Position numbers and translations under genes: made by a program. The notes below the pieces were generated by a model. It made no database searches. It was given only the letters and a program-made list of their open reading frames with translations, and was not told where the DNA came from. DNA of 64,000 bases, taken from the NCBI GenBank assembly GCA_039798445.1, contig JBDKFZ010000017.1, positions 4,195 through 68,194 of the forward strand, read 5' to 3'. Below, one piece after another: positions 18,346 to 27,816 of this stretch (position 1 is its first letter; every line of letters starts with the position of its first letter). The stretch comes from Candidatus Parcubacteria bacterium. Lineage in GTDB: Bacteria; Patescibacteriota; Minisyncoccia; Phycocordibacterales; EsbW-18.

Positions 18346-18498
18346 ATGCTCACTACCATTGCAGTCATCTTGTTGGTACTCTGGCTCTTGGGAATCGTCA
18401 CCTCGTATACAATCGGCGGATTCATCCACGTTTTGCTCGTCGTAGCAATCGTGATTTTCCTTCTCCGTATTATCCGCGGTGAGAATCCCCTCAAGTAA
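18346..18498 (+). CDS. lmo0937-family small membrane protein (50 aa)
   Basis: MLTTIAVILLVLWLLGIVTSYTIGGFIHVLLVVAIVIFLLRIIRGENPLK matches the lmo0937 pattern (ILLVLWLLG...GG.IH.LLV.A...F). Below the ORF-track size cutoff. Confidence 0.5.
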   Translation: MLTTIAVILLVLWLLGIVTSYTIGGFIHVLLVVAIVIFLLRIIRGENPLK

Positions 18499-18538
18499 AT
18501 TAAAAGCAGTAATTAATCGGTTAAATAACATCATATCT

Positions 18539-18727
18539 ATGAACAACGAATCAAGCTCAACAAACACAGTCCTCATCGTCATTGTCCTTCTCTTGCTCGT
18601 CGGTTTCGGCGTCTGGTGGTTCGCACGAACCCCAGCTCCTGCAACGACTGAGGACACTGGCGGCGGTATCGAGATCGAAGTCAACGGCGGTACGGGTGAG
18701 ACTCCAAGCGAGACTCCTGCTAACTAG
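18539..18727 (+). CDS. small membrane protein (62 aa)
   Basis: Internal ATG: MNNESSSTNTVLIVIVLLLLVGFGVWWFARTP then Thr/Gly/Glu tail; terminator follows. Confidence 0.4.
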   Translation: MNNESSSTNTVLIVIVLLLLVGFGVWWFARTPAPATTEDTGGGIEIEVNGGTGETPSETPAN

Positions 18728-18744
18728 TCAAAAAAGATTTTTAA

Positions 18745-18776
18745 AACAGCCTCGTCGAAAGACGGGGCTGTTTTTG
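18745..18776 (+). terminator. rho-independent terminator
   Basis: CAGCCTCGTC-gaaa-GACGGGGCTG then TTTTTGT. Confidence 0.6.
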
Positions 18777-18809
18777 TGCTGACTATGCGGTGCGCTATAC
18801 TTTACCCAT

Positions 18810-19433
18810 ATGAAACAAACACGCCTCGACCAGCTTGCTGACGGCATATTCGCGATTGTTATGACGCTCTTGGTGCTCGAGATCCGAGTACCAGCCATTG
18901 ATGGGGCGCTTACGAATGACGCCGTGGTTCAGCTGTTGTTCTCAGCGATGCCACTTTTCCTCAGCTACTTGCTGAGCTTTATGCTTCTCTTCACATACTG
19001 GCGCGGTCACCACTACATCGCTTCGGTGCTCGCAAAGAACATTGATACGACGCTTACGACGATCAACGCATTCTTCTTCCTCTTTGTTGGCCTTGTCCCG
19101 TTCTCCACACTCCTTCTTGGTAAATATGGCATGACACAAGCTGCGGTCATCATCTATGGCGTGCACATCATCATCATTGGCCTCTTGCTCTACTGGATGC
19201 GTCAGTATGTGATTGCATCGCCGACGATTCGCAATTCCGAGATTGACCACACATTGCTTCGCCATGGTACGATTCGTCTCTTGTTCCCAGTCATCAGTGC
19301 TGTCGTCGCAATCGCAATCAGCTTTGTGAATACTGAATTCTCACTCTTCATCTTTACGCTCGCAATTCTCTTCAACCTCTCAGCACGTAGCACGACGCTC
19401 TTCGAAAAGGTGGTTCCTATCGGTTCTCTTTAA
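18810..19433 (+). CDS. DUF1211/TMEM175-like membrane protein (putative K+ channel family)
   Basis: RLDQLADGIFAIVMTLLVLEI signature first helix; 207 aa, 6 TM. TATACT -10 box 9 nt upstream of ATG. Confidence 0.7.
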   Translation: MKQTRLDQLADGIFAIVMTLLVLEIRVPAIDGALTNDAVVQLLFSAMPLFLSYLLSFMLLFTYWRGHHYIASVLAKNIDTTLTTINAFFFLFVGLVPFSTLLLGKYGMTQAAVIIYGVHIIIIGLLLYWMRQYVIASPTIRNSEIDHTLLRHGTIRLLFPVISAVVAIAISFVNTEFSLFIFTLAILFNLSARSTTLFEKVVPIGSL

Positions 19434-19436
19434 TCT

Positions 19437-19913
19437 ATGAAAACAGAGACCGCATACTTTGCCGCAGGATGTTTCTGGGGTGTTGAGGAGGCATTTCGCA
19501 CAACGCCGGGCGTCATGAGTACTGCTGTTGGGTTCATGGGCGGAACGCTCGACAATCCTTCATACAAAGCTGTTTGTGGTGGCGATACCGGACACGCTGA
19601 GACGACCGAGGTCGTATTCGATCCTGAGAAAATCTCGTACGAAGCCTTACTCGAAATGTTCTGGAAGATGCACGACCCAACGCAGGTAGACCGACAAGGA
19701 CCTGATTATGGATCGCAGTATCGTTCGGCAATCTTTACGACGACACCTGAACAAGAAACGAAGGCGATAGCATCAAAAGAGAACGAACAGAAAAATGGGG
19801 GACATGTGGCTCCCATTGCTACAGTAATTCAATCTGCACCGACGTTCTGGAAAGCTGAAGACTACCACCAGCAGTATTTCCTTAAGAATGGGGGAGGAGT
19901 CTGTCATATATAA
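19437..19913 (+). CDS. msrA: peptide methionine sulfoxide reductase MsrA
   Basis: AYFAAGCFWGVEEAF active-site motif; 158 aa. Confidence 0.9.
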   Translation: MKTETAYFAAGCFWGVEEAFRTTPGVMSTAVGFMGGTLDNPSYKAVCGGDTGHAETTEVVFDPEKISYEALLEMFWKMHDPTQVDRQGPDYGSQYRSAIFTTTPEQETKAIASKENEQKNGGHVAPIATVIQSAPTFWKAEDYHQQYFLKNGGGVCHI

Positions 19914-19970
19914 ATACCCAATTGGGAGCGGAGTACTCACCCAAATCACCTTGTGGTATAATGCTTCTCT

Positions 19971-21395
19971 ATGAATTGGATCAAAACCCACCGCCTTATT
20001 TCAGGCATTATCGCACTCGTTATTATCCTTATCCTTGGCTTCACCGTATTTGGGGGAGGTAATGGAGATCAAGAAGTCGTCACTGTCGAACGTCGTGATG
20101 TTACCGAAGCGGTACGTATCGCTGGTACCGTCGAAGCACGCATCGTGTCTGATCTCGGATTCGAGACATCCGGCATCGTTCGGGATGTTGCTGTTGATGT
20201 GAACGACGTCGTCTACCGCGGGCAGACGCTCGTGAGCCTCGGTCTTGGAACACTTGGTGCCGAACTCCAATCGGCACAGGCGGCTCTCGCTATCAAGCGC
20301 GCTGAACATGCGAACACAACAGTTAACATTGATGCCATCCGCGATAAGCAGGACACATTGGTCGCTAATGCTTACAGTGAGCTCCTCTCGAGTGATCTTG
20401 CTGCAGAGCCAAAGAGCTCTACCTATACACAGACACCTCCCATCATTAGCGGACGTTACAGCGGAAGCGAGGGAACCTACAAGTTCACCGTACGACCCGG
20501 AGCACAGGTAGGAAAAGCCGACCTCTTCGTTTTTGATGTAGAAGATGCTGAACCAATCGAAATAGAGAAGACAGGATCGACTCCGTTGGGTACCCGCGGT
20601 CTCTTTGTTACATTCCCAGGAAGCCCAACAGACTATCGAGACACAACATGGTATGTCGAGTTGCCAAACACAAAGTCTGACTTGTATGCCTCAAACTACA
20701 GCACGTATCAAGACGCCATCCGCGAACGTGGCCGCGCAATTGACGAAGCTGAGGCAGAGGTTCGTGCACAGACAACCGGTGCTTCCATCGCTGATGCAGA
20801 ACTTGCACAGGCAGAAGCCGAAGTCGCTCGCATCCAAGCGCTCATTGGTCAGCGCATTCTCACTGCGCCATTCAACGGTACCGTTGCATCGATTGATGTC
20901 GATCCGGGCGAATCAGTGAATGCGAACGATTCAGCTGTATCTGTCATCTCAAATGACGGCTTCGGTGTCGAGATTGATCTTCCCGAAGTTGATAGCGTCA
21001 AAGTACGCATCGGCAATCCGGTTTCCATCATGCTCGATGCTCTTGGCGAAGAAGTATTCACCGGTACGGTTGTATCAGTGAGCCGTAGTGAGACACTCGT
21101 TGATGGAGTTTCTGTCTACGAAGCACGCATCGCATTCGACAAAACTGATGACCGCATCTCTTCGGGTATGACGGCTGATGTTTCTATCGAAACAAACAAG
21201 CGTTCGGGCGTTCTCTCGGTGCCTGCTCGCGCCATCAAATACCGCGAAGACGGTACGCCATATGTTTTGCTCCGCAAAGCAGAAGGCGACAAGGGTGAAG
21301 AAAGGGAGATCGTCCTCGGCCTCCGCGGCAGTGACGGTTCAATGGAAGTAACCGCCGGTCTTTCCGAAGGAGATACCGTCATCATTGCCGAATAA
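19971..21395 (+). CDS. HlyD/membrane-fusion-protein family periplasmic adaptor
   Basis: N-terminal TM, long coiled coil (AQAALAIKRAEHAN...AEAEVARIQALIGQRILTAPFNGTV), beta-barrel C-terminus; precedes an FtsX permease and ABC ATPase. Confidence 0.75.
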   Translation: MNWIKTHRLISGIIALVIILILGFTVFGGGNGDQEVVTVERRDVTEAVRIAGTVEARIVSDLGFETSGIVRDVAVDVNDVVYRGQTLVSLGLGTLGAELQSAQAALAIKRAEHANTTVNIDAIRDKQDTLVANAYSELLSSDLAAEPKSSTYTQTPPIISGRYSGSEGTYKFTVRPGAQVGKADLFVFDVEDAEPIEIEKTGSTPLGTRGLFVTFPGSPTDYRDTTWYVELPNTKSDLYASNYSTYQDAIRERGRAIDEAEAEVRAQTTGASIADAELAQAEAEVARIQALIGQRILTAPFNGTVASIDVDPGESVNANDSAVSVISNDGFGVEIDLPEVDSVKVRIGNPVSIMLDALGEEVFTGTVVSVSRSETLVDGVSVYEARIAFDKTDDRISSGMTADVSIETNKRSGVLSVPARAIKYREDGTPYVLLRKAEGDKGEEREIVLGLRGSDGSMEVTAGLSEGDTVIIAE

Positions 21396-21410
21396 CCACG
21401 CAACGCAGGT

Positions 21411-22670
21411 ATGTTCAAAGACACGCTACGAGTAGGATTCATGCTCGGCTGGAAGCAGATTCGCCATGCGAGCAAATGGACGACAGGTCTCATCATCTTC
21501 ATCATGATGTTGACCTTCCTGAACCTTGTTGCTGTCTCGGGTATTCTTGTCGGTCTTATCGAGGGGTCAGTGAAGACATATGAAGACCAGTTCACTGGCA
21601 ATGTGTTCATCTCGACACTCACTGGTGAGAAGTCCATTGAGCAGTCGCCGAGCCTCATCTCGACACTCGAGACTATTCCTGGTGTTGCTTCGTATACAGC
21701 ACGCTACACCGGAGGAGTCACTGTCGAAGCGAATTACCGCGAGCGGCGCGATCCCAAGGCGCTTCGTGATAGCGTCGGCACTACCATCGTCGGTCTCGAT
21801 CCAACAATCGAGGATGATGTCACAGGTCTCTCGAAGAACATCGTTGAGGGTGAGTTCCTTACGAATCAAGATGGGGGATATGTGATGCTCGGGGCGAACC
21901 TCCTTGAACAATATTCTCCGCTCGGATCGGGGGATGATGTGGGCTATCCGACGCTCTCAAACATCAAACCAGGAAGTCGTGTTCGTATTACGGTTGGAGA
22001 TGCAACCAAGGAGTACATCGTCAAAGGTATTCTCAAGACCAAGGTCGATGAAATTTCTCGTCGTGTGTTTGTTACAAAAGGCGAATTTGTGCGCATCGCC
22101 GGTCGCACCGATCTCAACCTCAACGAAATCGCTATCCGTGCCGAAGAGGGATACGACCCAGCACTTATTAAGCGTGATCTTGTTGAAAGTGGAGCTAAGG
22201 ACATCGCTGTTGTCCGTCTCTCGCGCGAGGGCTTGCCGCAGTTCCTTCTTGACATGATTGATACGTTCGCGATGCTTGGTAACGGCATCAGCTCGGTTGG
22301 TCTCATTGTTTCGTCAATCACCATCTTCATCGTCATCTTCGTTAACGCAATTACACGCCGCAAGTACATCGGTATTCTCAAGGGTATCGGCGTGTCGGCA
22401 TCAGCAATTGAGCTCTCATACGTTATCCAGTCGCTTCTCTATGTGGCTGTCGGTTCAGCAATCGCCCTCTTTCTTATCTATGGTGTGATGGTGCCGTTCT
22501 TTAATGCACACCCAATCAACTTCCCATTCTCTGACGGTATCCTTGTTGCGCCACTTTCGGGCACAATCAAGAAGCTCGTTATTCTCGTCATTGCAACACT
22601 GTTGGCCGGTTACATCCCGGCGCGCATGATTGTGAAGCGTAATACGCTCGATGCCATTTTGGGTCGCTAA
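21411..22670 (+). CDS. ABC transporter permease, FtsX/MacB-like
   Basis: N-terminal TM, large extracytoplasmic domain, three C-terminal TMs (FtsX domain); 419 aa. Confidence 0.8.
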   Translation: MFKDTLRVGFMLGWKQIRHASKWTTGLIIFIMMLTFLNLVAVSGILVGLIEGSVKTYEDQFTGNVFISTLTGEKSIEQSPSLISTLETIPGVASYTARYTGGVTVEANYRERRDPKALRDSVGTTIVGLDPTIEDDVTGLSKNIVEGEFLTNQDGGYVMLGANLLEQYSPLGSGDDVGYPTLSNIKPGSRVRITVGDATKEYIVKGILKTKVDEISRRVFVTKGEFVRIAGRTDLNLNEIAIRAEEGYDPALIKRDLVESGAKDIAVVRLSREGLPQFLLDMIDTFAMLGNGISSVGLIVSSITIFIVIFVNAITRRKYIGILKGIGVSASAIELSYVIQSLLYVAVGSAIALFLIYGVMVPFFNAHPINFPFSDGILVAPLSGTIKKLVILVIATLLAGYIPARMIVKRNTLDAILGR

Positions 22671-22679
22671 ATCCTATCT

Positions 22680-23372
22680 ATGATTGAAGTTAAAAATCTC
22701 ATAAAGAATTACGGAGAAGGCGAAGTCGTCACGCGCGTGTTGCGCGGTATCGACCTTACAATTCCTGCAGGGCAGTTTGTTGCGATCATGGGCAAGTCTG
22801 GAGCAGGAAAATCGACACTCATGTATCAAATGAGTCTTCTCGATCAGCCGACAGGAGGAAGTGTGATTCTTGATGGTGTTGTTACAGACGAGTTTGATGA
22901 AAAGGAACGCACAACGTTCCGTCTCAAGAAGCTCGGCTATATCTTCCAAGACTACGCGCTTTTGCCTGAGCTCAATGCGGTCGAGAATGTCGAAGTGCCG
23001 CTCCTCATGCTTGGTCTTACCAATGCAGAAGCGCGCGAGAAGGCAAGCAAGGGGCTCGAAGCTGTAGGTCTCGGTCATCGCCTCAACAACCGCCCGAGCC
23101 AGCTTTCGGGTGGTGAACAACAGCGCGTTTCAATTGCTCGTGCTATCGCCCAGAAGCCGGACATTCTCTTTGCCGACGAACCAACAGCGAGCCTCGACAG
23201 CGTATCGAGCGAAGACGTCATCAAGGTGATGCGCGATCTTCACGCCAAGGGTCAGACCATCGTTATGGTTACACACGAACCCGAATACGCTGCTTTTGCG
23301 GAGCGTGTTATCACGCTCGAAGACGGTCAGGTAGTTTCGGACAAGATGCAGATCGCGCGGACTGTCGTTTAG
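22680..23372 (+). CDS. ABC transporter ATP-binding protein (MacB/LolD/YknY-like)
   Basis: Walker [11 protein letters not shown]-loop, signature [14 protein letters not shown], Walker [13 protein letters not shown]. Confidence 0.9.
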   Translation: MIEVKNLIKNYGEGEVVTRVLRGIDLTIPAGQFVAIMGKSGAGKSTLMYQMSLLDQPTGGSVILDGVVTDEFDEKERTTFRLKKLGYIFQDYALLPELNAVENVEVPLLMLGLTNAEAREKASKGLEAVGLGHRLNNRPSQLSGGEQQRVSIARAIAQKPDILFADEPTASLDSVSSEDVIKVMRDLHAKGQTIVMVTHEPEYAAFAERVITLEDGQVVSDKMQIARTVV

Positions 23373-23380
23373 TTTTATTT

Positions 23381-23418
23381 CCATACAAACGAAAACCCCA
23401 CCTCCGAAGGGGTCTTCG
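23381..23418 (-). terminator. nested hairpin terminator between convergent genes
   Basis: CCCCA..CCGAAG-gggt-CTTCGG..TGGGG; T-rich tail on the minus strand (GGGGTTTTCGTTTG). Confidence 0.45.
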
Positions 23419-23465
23419 GTGATGGGGCGGGTTGGAAATCTCGACGGAACAGGAGGTCGGTCTGG

Positions 23466-23765
23466 CTAGCTGGTGAAAACTACCAGAGCGATGCCGGCGT
23501 TCACGAGCCAGGCTGCAAGGCACAGCATGCAGAACTCGCGGATCAGGATGGTCTTGATGATGAGCCACAGCGTGGCGATCGTCATGAGCGCCGCCAACGT
23601 GGTCGTCGTTTCAGGCAGCAACCACGCGCTGAGAATCATCACGATGTAACCGATGCCCCCGATGGGGGCCAAGTTCCAATGCTTGCTCCCGCACGTGCAC
23701 TCCTTTTCGAGGAGCAGCACGACGAACAGTCCAACGACCGACAAAACAGTGATGCCATATTCCAT
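23466..23765 (-). CDS. minimal VKOR-like 4-TM thiol oxidoreductase paralog A (99 aa)
   Basis: Four TM helices; CTC pair in the short loop 1; IREFCMLCLAAWLVNAG at the start of TM4 reproduces the VKOR CxxCxxx[YW]xxN spacing (human VKORC1 CIVCITTYAIN). AGGAGG Shine-Dalgarno 7 nt upstream. Confidence 0.55.
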   Translation of the reverse strand: MEYGITVLSVVGLFVVLLLEKECTCGSKHWNLAPIGGIGYIVMILSAWLLPETTTTLAALMTIATLWLIIKTILIREFCMLCLAAWLVNAGIALVVFTS

Positions 23766-23784
23766 GACTCGTTCCTCCTAGAAG

Positions 23785-24081
23785 TTAGTGGCGGAATGCC
23801 ACGATGATGATGCCGATGTTCACGAACCACGAGAGGATGCACAACACGCACAGCTCCCGAAGTCGGATTGACTTGATGATGAGCCAAATGGTGACGACTA
23901 TCGTAATCACCGCGAGTCCCATCGTGACGCTCGGGAACTTTACTGTTGCGGCGATGATGATATAGCCGATGAAGCCCATCAGCGCCCACTCCGTCTTGCC
24001 ATTGTCGGAAGAAGCTTCCTTGACGAGGAACCACAAGGAGATGAGAAATCCGACGAGCGCGAGACCGACGATGTTCGACAT
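23785..24081 (-). CDS. minimal VKOR-like 4-TM paralog B (98 aa)
   Basis: Paralog of A (LRELCVLCILSWFVNIG) but lacks the loop cysteine pair. Start at internal ATG with AAGGAG/GAGGTGG Shine-Dalgarno; the longer track ORF extends to 24141. Confidence 0.55.
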   Translation of the reverse strand: MSNIVGLALVGFLISLWFLVKEASSDNGKTEWALMGFIGYIIIAATVKFPSVTMGLAVITIVVTIWLIIKSIRLRELCVLCILSWFVNIGIIIVAFRH

Positions 24082-24178
24082 GATTCCACCTCTCCTTCTA
24101 GGACTCGTGATGTGCGAGGATTCGCACCATCGTTTGTACAATTTGCTGGCGATAATATGCCAGAATTAGAGCCCTTGG

Positions 24179-24856
24179 TCAAGATTGAGTGATCGGCAAC
24201 GTGATTGCTACTTTTGTCCCGACTCCTTCGGTGCTTTCGATGGTGATGTGCCCTTTGTGAAGTTCAACAATCTTTTTGGTGATTGCCAAACCAAGTCCCG
24301 AACCAGATGCATGTTGTGTGGCGGGGCGCGTTCGATAGAAGCGCGTGAAGACATGCTGGAGTTCATCTTTTGGAATACCGATGCCGGTATCTTCGACCGA
24401 CAAACAACAACTCTTTCCTGTTTTTGTTAGTGATATCGATATCTCTCGTGGTCCCGAGACAGTGAGGTACTTCATACTGTTGCTCACCAAGTTGAGGAAT
24501 GCCTCGTCGATTTTTCCTGGTACGCCCTCGATGATAATTTCTGGGTGGATGTCTGAAGTGATTTTTACTCGACATGACCGTGCAACTGTCTCGACATAGT
24601 CGAGTGCTTCTATAATCCGTGCACTCAAGTCAAATTCTTTTTGGTTGATGGTTTCGAATCCTGTACCTGATCGTGCATACGCGAGAAGGTCACTCACCAT
24701 GGATGACATCGAATCGATGATCTCGTGGCACGCTTTAATCTCATCGGTACGCCGGGTCTTGGTGATGAGGGATAGCTGCGCTTTGAGGGCAGTAAGAGGA
24801 GTCTGAAGATCGTGGGCCACATCGTAGACGAGATTTGTCGGTTCCGGTGTGGTCAT
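24179..24856 (-). CDS. sensor histidine kinase, soluble (HisKA + HATPase_c only)
   Basis: H-box DVAHDLQTPLTAL; N, G1, G2 boxes (DTGIGIP, GSGLGLAI). 225 aa, no TM or sensor domain. Confidence 0.85.
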   Translation of the reverse strand: MTTPEPTNLVYDVAHDLQTPLTALKAQLSLITKTRRTDEIKACHEIIDSMSSMVSDLLAYARSGTGFETINQKEFDLSARIIEALDYVETVARSCRVKITSDIHPEIIIEGVPGKIDEAFLNLVSNSMKYLTVSGPREISISLTKTGKSCCLSVEDTGIGIPKDELQHVFTRFYRTRPATQHASGSGLGLAITKKIVELHKGHITIESTEGVGTKVAITLPITQS

Positions 24857-24864
24857 AAGGGTGG

Positions 24865-25563
24865 TTAAGAGACCAACGAGAGCTTATACCCAGAGCCCGG
24901 CACGGTATGGATGAGGGGCGGGGAGTTTTTGAACTTAATCTTCCGTCGCAAGCTCATGATGTGCGCCTCGATGGTGTTTGAAAATGGATCGGTCATTTCG
25001 TCCCAGACATGTTCAAGAAGAAGGCCACGCGATACAACTGAATCTTGGTTGCGTATGAGATATTCGAGAAGCGCGAATTCTTTGCGGGTGAGATGTATCG
25101 AAGCTTTCCTGCGGGTGATTGTTCGAGCACGTGTGTCCATGGTGAGATCACCCACGGAGAGCACATCGCCCAAGAGTGCATGTGGGCGACGGAGGAGAGC
25201 GCGTACCCGCGCTATAACTTCGCGCAATACAAACGGCTTGCCGATGTAGTCATCAACTCCCGCTTCGAGAAGCTCTACCTTGGTGACAGGGTCAGCTTTT
25301 GCAGATATGGAAAGGATGGGAGTCTTCTTGCCAGCCATTCGGATGATGCGACACACTTCTCGGCCGTTCTTTTTGGGAAGCATCGTGTCGAGCAAAATGA
25401 TGTCGTAATCGTTGGTCGTGGCAGAAAAAGCCCCCGATTCTCCATCGGGGGCGATTTCAACCACAAGATTTTCACTCATAAGGGCGCTTTTGAGCGCCTC
25501 CGCTATGTAACAGTCATCTTCGATGATGAGAGCTCTCATAGGATTGGTTGAGGGTATATACAC
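24865..25563 (-). CDS. OmpR-family response regulator (receiver + winged helix)
   Basis: MRALIIEDD...DIILLDTMLPKKNG receiver; C-terminal wHTH LTRKEFALLEYLIRN...VPGSGYKL. Confidence 0.9.
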   Translation of the reverse strand: MYIPSTNPMRALIIEDDCYIAEALKSALMSENLVVEIAPDGESGAFSATTNDYDIILLDTMLPKKNGREVCRIIRMAGKKTPILSISAKADPVTKVELLEAGVDDYIGKPFVLREVIARVRALLRRPHALLGDVLSVGDLTMDTRARTITRRKASIHLTRKEFALLEYLIRNQDSVVSRGLLLEHVWDEMTDPFSNTIEAHIMSLRRKIKFKNSPPLIHTVPGSGYKLSLVS

Positions 25564-25646
25564 CCCTTTTTGGGACGTGTAAAGAGTTTCTTTATAAATA
25601 TTTTATCTCGGGCGGGTGGTCGTATTGTGCGCTATACTGTTGAAAT

Positions 25647-26927
25647 ATGACCGAACAGGGCCCTAAAACGCATCACGTGGTGATTGTTGGAGCGGGTTTT
25701 GGCGGTATCTACGCGCTTCGCACGCTTCAGAAGCTCGCTCGGGCGGAAGATCGGATTGAGATTACACTCATCGACAAGAACGATTCCTTCGTCTTCATCC
25801 CGATGATTCACGAAGTCGCGACGGGATTGCTTCGTCCTGATTCGATTACGATGCCACTTCGGCTTTTCTCAAGCAGTCATGTTCGCAACATCATCCAAGG
25901 AACCGTGTCGAACGTCGACAACGACAAGAAGATTGTCACGGTCGCGCGATGTGAGGGAACAATCGAAGAGATATCATACGATTCACTCATCATCGCAACG
26001 GGTTCGATGACGAACTTTTTCGGCGTGCCGGGCGCCGCTGAACATTCGTTCCCGCTTCGTACGCTCGACGACGCTCGCCGTATTAAAAATCAGATTATCG
26101 CGACGTTTGATGCGGCAGATGAATATGTTGATCCTGCGGAACGCGAACGTCTCACGCGTTTTGTCATCGTTGGTGGGGGAGCCACGGGTGTCGAGATGGC
26201 GGCAGAGTTCGGGGAATGCCTTTGCGAAGAGCTCCCTGGACTTTTCCCACGCCTCAAAGGACACGGCGAAGTTGTAATTGTTGATCGAGGAGAGCGGCTC
26301 TTAGCTGAAGGGGACCCGTGGTTCTCACAGAAAGCCGAAGAGGCGCTTTTGCAGAAGCCGTGCACCAAGATTATGCACGAGACAGTTGTCGAAGAAGTGA
26401 CTCCCGACGGTGTAAAGACGAACAATGGCATCATTCGTTCGGCGACCGTCATCTGGTGTGCAGGTGTTGGGCCTTCATTACCATCGGTTTTGGCGAACAC
26501 AGCACCGGCATACGAAGAGCGAAGCAAACGACTTGTGGTGACGCCAGAGCTCAACACGGATGCGTACCCCGATGTGTTTGTTGTCGGAGATGCAGCAGCT
26601 GTTACCGACAAAGAGACGGGCAAGCCCTACGGTATGCGCGCGCAATTTGCTGTTCGACAAGGCACACATGCGGCCGAGAACATCATTGCGGGTCTTCGTG
26701 GTGAGGAGCTTCAACCGTTCTCATTCCGTGAACAAGGCTTTCTTGTGTCACTCGGCAAGTCAAAAGGCATCGCCAAGATTGGCTCAATGAAGTTTTCAGG
26801 CCGTACCGCGTGGGTTATCTATCACGTCGCATACATTCGATCGCTTGTTGGAATGCGCGCAAAGCTTCGAACGTTGCTTGATTGGACAATCAACTTGTTT
26901 GGTTCGCGTGATTTCTCGCGAGTCTAA
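25647..26927 (+). CDS. ndh: type II NADH dehydrogenase (NDH-2)
   Basis: HVVIVGAGFGGIYALR and VIVGGGATGVEMAAEF dinucleotide-binding motifs; 426 aa. Confidence 0.85.
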   Translation: MTEQGPKTHHVVIVGAGFGGIYALRTLQKLARAEDRIEITLIDKNDSFVFIPMIHEVATGLLRPDSITMPLRLFSSSHVRNIIQGTVSNVDNDKKIVTVARCEGTIEEISYDSLIIATGSMTNFFGVPGAAEHSFPLRTLDDARRIKNQIIATFDAADEYVDPAERERLTRFVIVGGGATGVEMAAEFGECLCEELPGLFPRLKGHGEVVIVDRGERLLAEGDPWFSQKAEEALLQKPCTKIMHETVVEEVTPDGVKTNNGIIRSATVIWCAGVGPSLPSVLANTAPAYEERSKRLVVTPELNTDAYPDVFVVGDAAAVTDKETGKPYGMRAQFAVRQGTHAAENIIAGLRGEELQPFSFREQGFLVSLGKSKGIAKIGSMKFSGRTAWVIYHVAYIRSLVGMRAKLRTLLDWTINLFGSRDFSRV

Positions 26928-26954
26928 AAACTTTTAGCTTCTAACCCTTATCCT

Positions 26955-27332
26955 ATGGAAATTCTTTACCTTATCGGTCGCATCGTCGTTGGTCTCTACT
27001 TCATCACGCACGGATATAACCACATTAAGCATAAAGCCAACATGGTCGGGTATGCACAGTCGCGCGGTATGAAGATGGCACCGAACATGGTCCTCATCTC
27101 AGGTATCGGCATCATGCTCGCTGGCGCGGGCCTCATCGTCGGCATCCTTCCCGAAGTGGCACTCATCGGTATGATTGTCTTCCTGGTTGCAGTGTCCGTG
27201 ATGGTTCACAGTTTCTGGAAAGATACCGATCCTGCTAAGCGCTCTCAGGAACGCACATCGTTCGAAGGTAATATTGCTCTCGCAGCCGCGCTTCTCATGG
27301 TTTTGTCGTTCGTGAGCGGCTGGGTTCTCTAG
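26955..27332 (+). CDS. DoxX-family membrane protein
   Basis: LIGRIVVGLYFITHGYNHI first-helix signature; 125 aa, 4 TM. Confidence 0.8.
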   Translation: MEILYLIGRIVVGLYFITHGYNHIKHKANMVGYAQSRGMKMAPNMVLISGIGIMLAGAGLIVGILPEVALIGMIVFLVAVSVMVHSFWKDTDPAKRSQERTSFEGNIALAAALLMVLSFVSGWVL

Positions 27333-27415
27333 AAAAACCTTTAATTGGCGAAGGGTTCTTCATCGCGCCGGATTGTGGTATTCTCCCAAAAGGAAAAACT
27401 ACAAGGAGACGCATT

Positions 27416-27739
27416 ATGGGAAACGTTGTGACCGTTGAAGTGCGCTCGAAGCTGGCCCAGCAGAAGCTTGCGCATGAATTTGAAGCCCGTGGAATTTCCG
27501 AGGAGGAGTATCTCTCTCGGCCTGAAGATGGAGAGAATACGACGTTCAAGATCCCACAGGACATGTGCGACTTACTTCTCACGGATTCGGATTTCCGGAG
27601 AGGTCTCGACTACAAGATTGTCGCCGGGACTGCCCGCCGGACCCGAAAGCATCCTAAGAGGGCTCGTCCGAAGCTCAAGAGGATGGTCACCAAAGGTTTG
27701 GTCACACGGGGCATTCCACCCCGTACACCGACCGCCTGA
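27416..27739 (+). CDS. hypothetical protein (107 aa) with basic Arg/Lys/Pro-rich C-terminus
   Basis: AAGGAG Shine-Dalgarno; moderately high GC; C-terminus RTRKHPKRARPKLKRMVTKGLVTRGIPPRTPTA. Confidence 0.45.
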   Translation: MGNVVTVEVRSKLAQQKLAHEFEARGISEEEYLSRPEDGENTTFKIPQDMCDLLLTDSDFRRGLDYKIVAGTARRTRKHPKRARPKLKRMVTKGLVTRGIPPRTPTA

Positions 27740-27816
27740 CGTCCACTCCAAGTAGACCGTTCTTCATTGCTTAACGCGACAGGTCCCGCATATGGGACCT
27801 TTTGCTATACTGCTTC

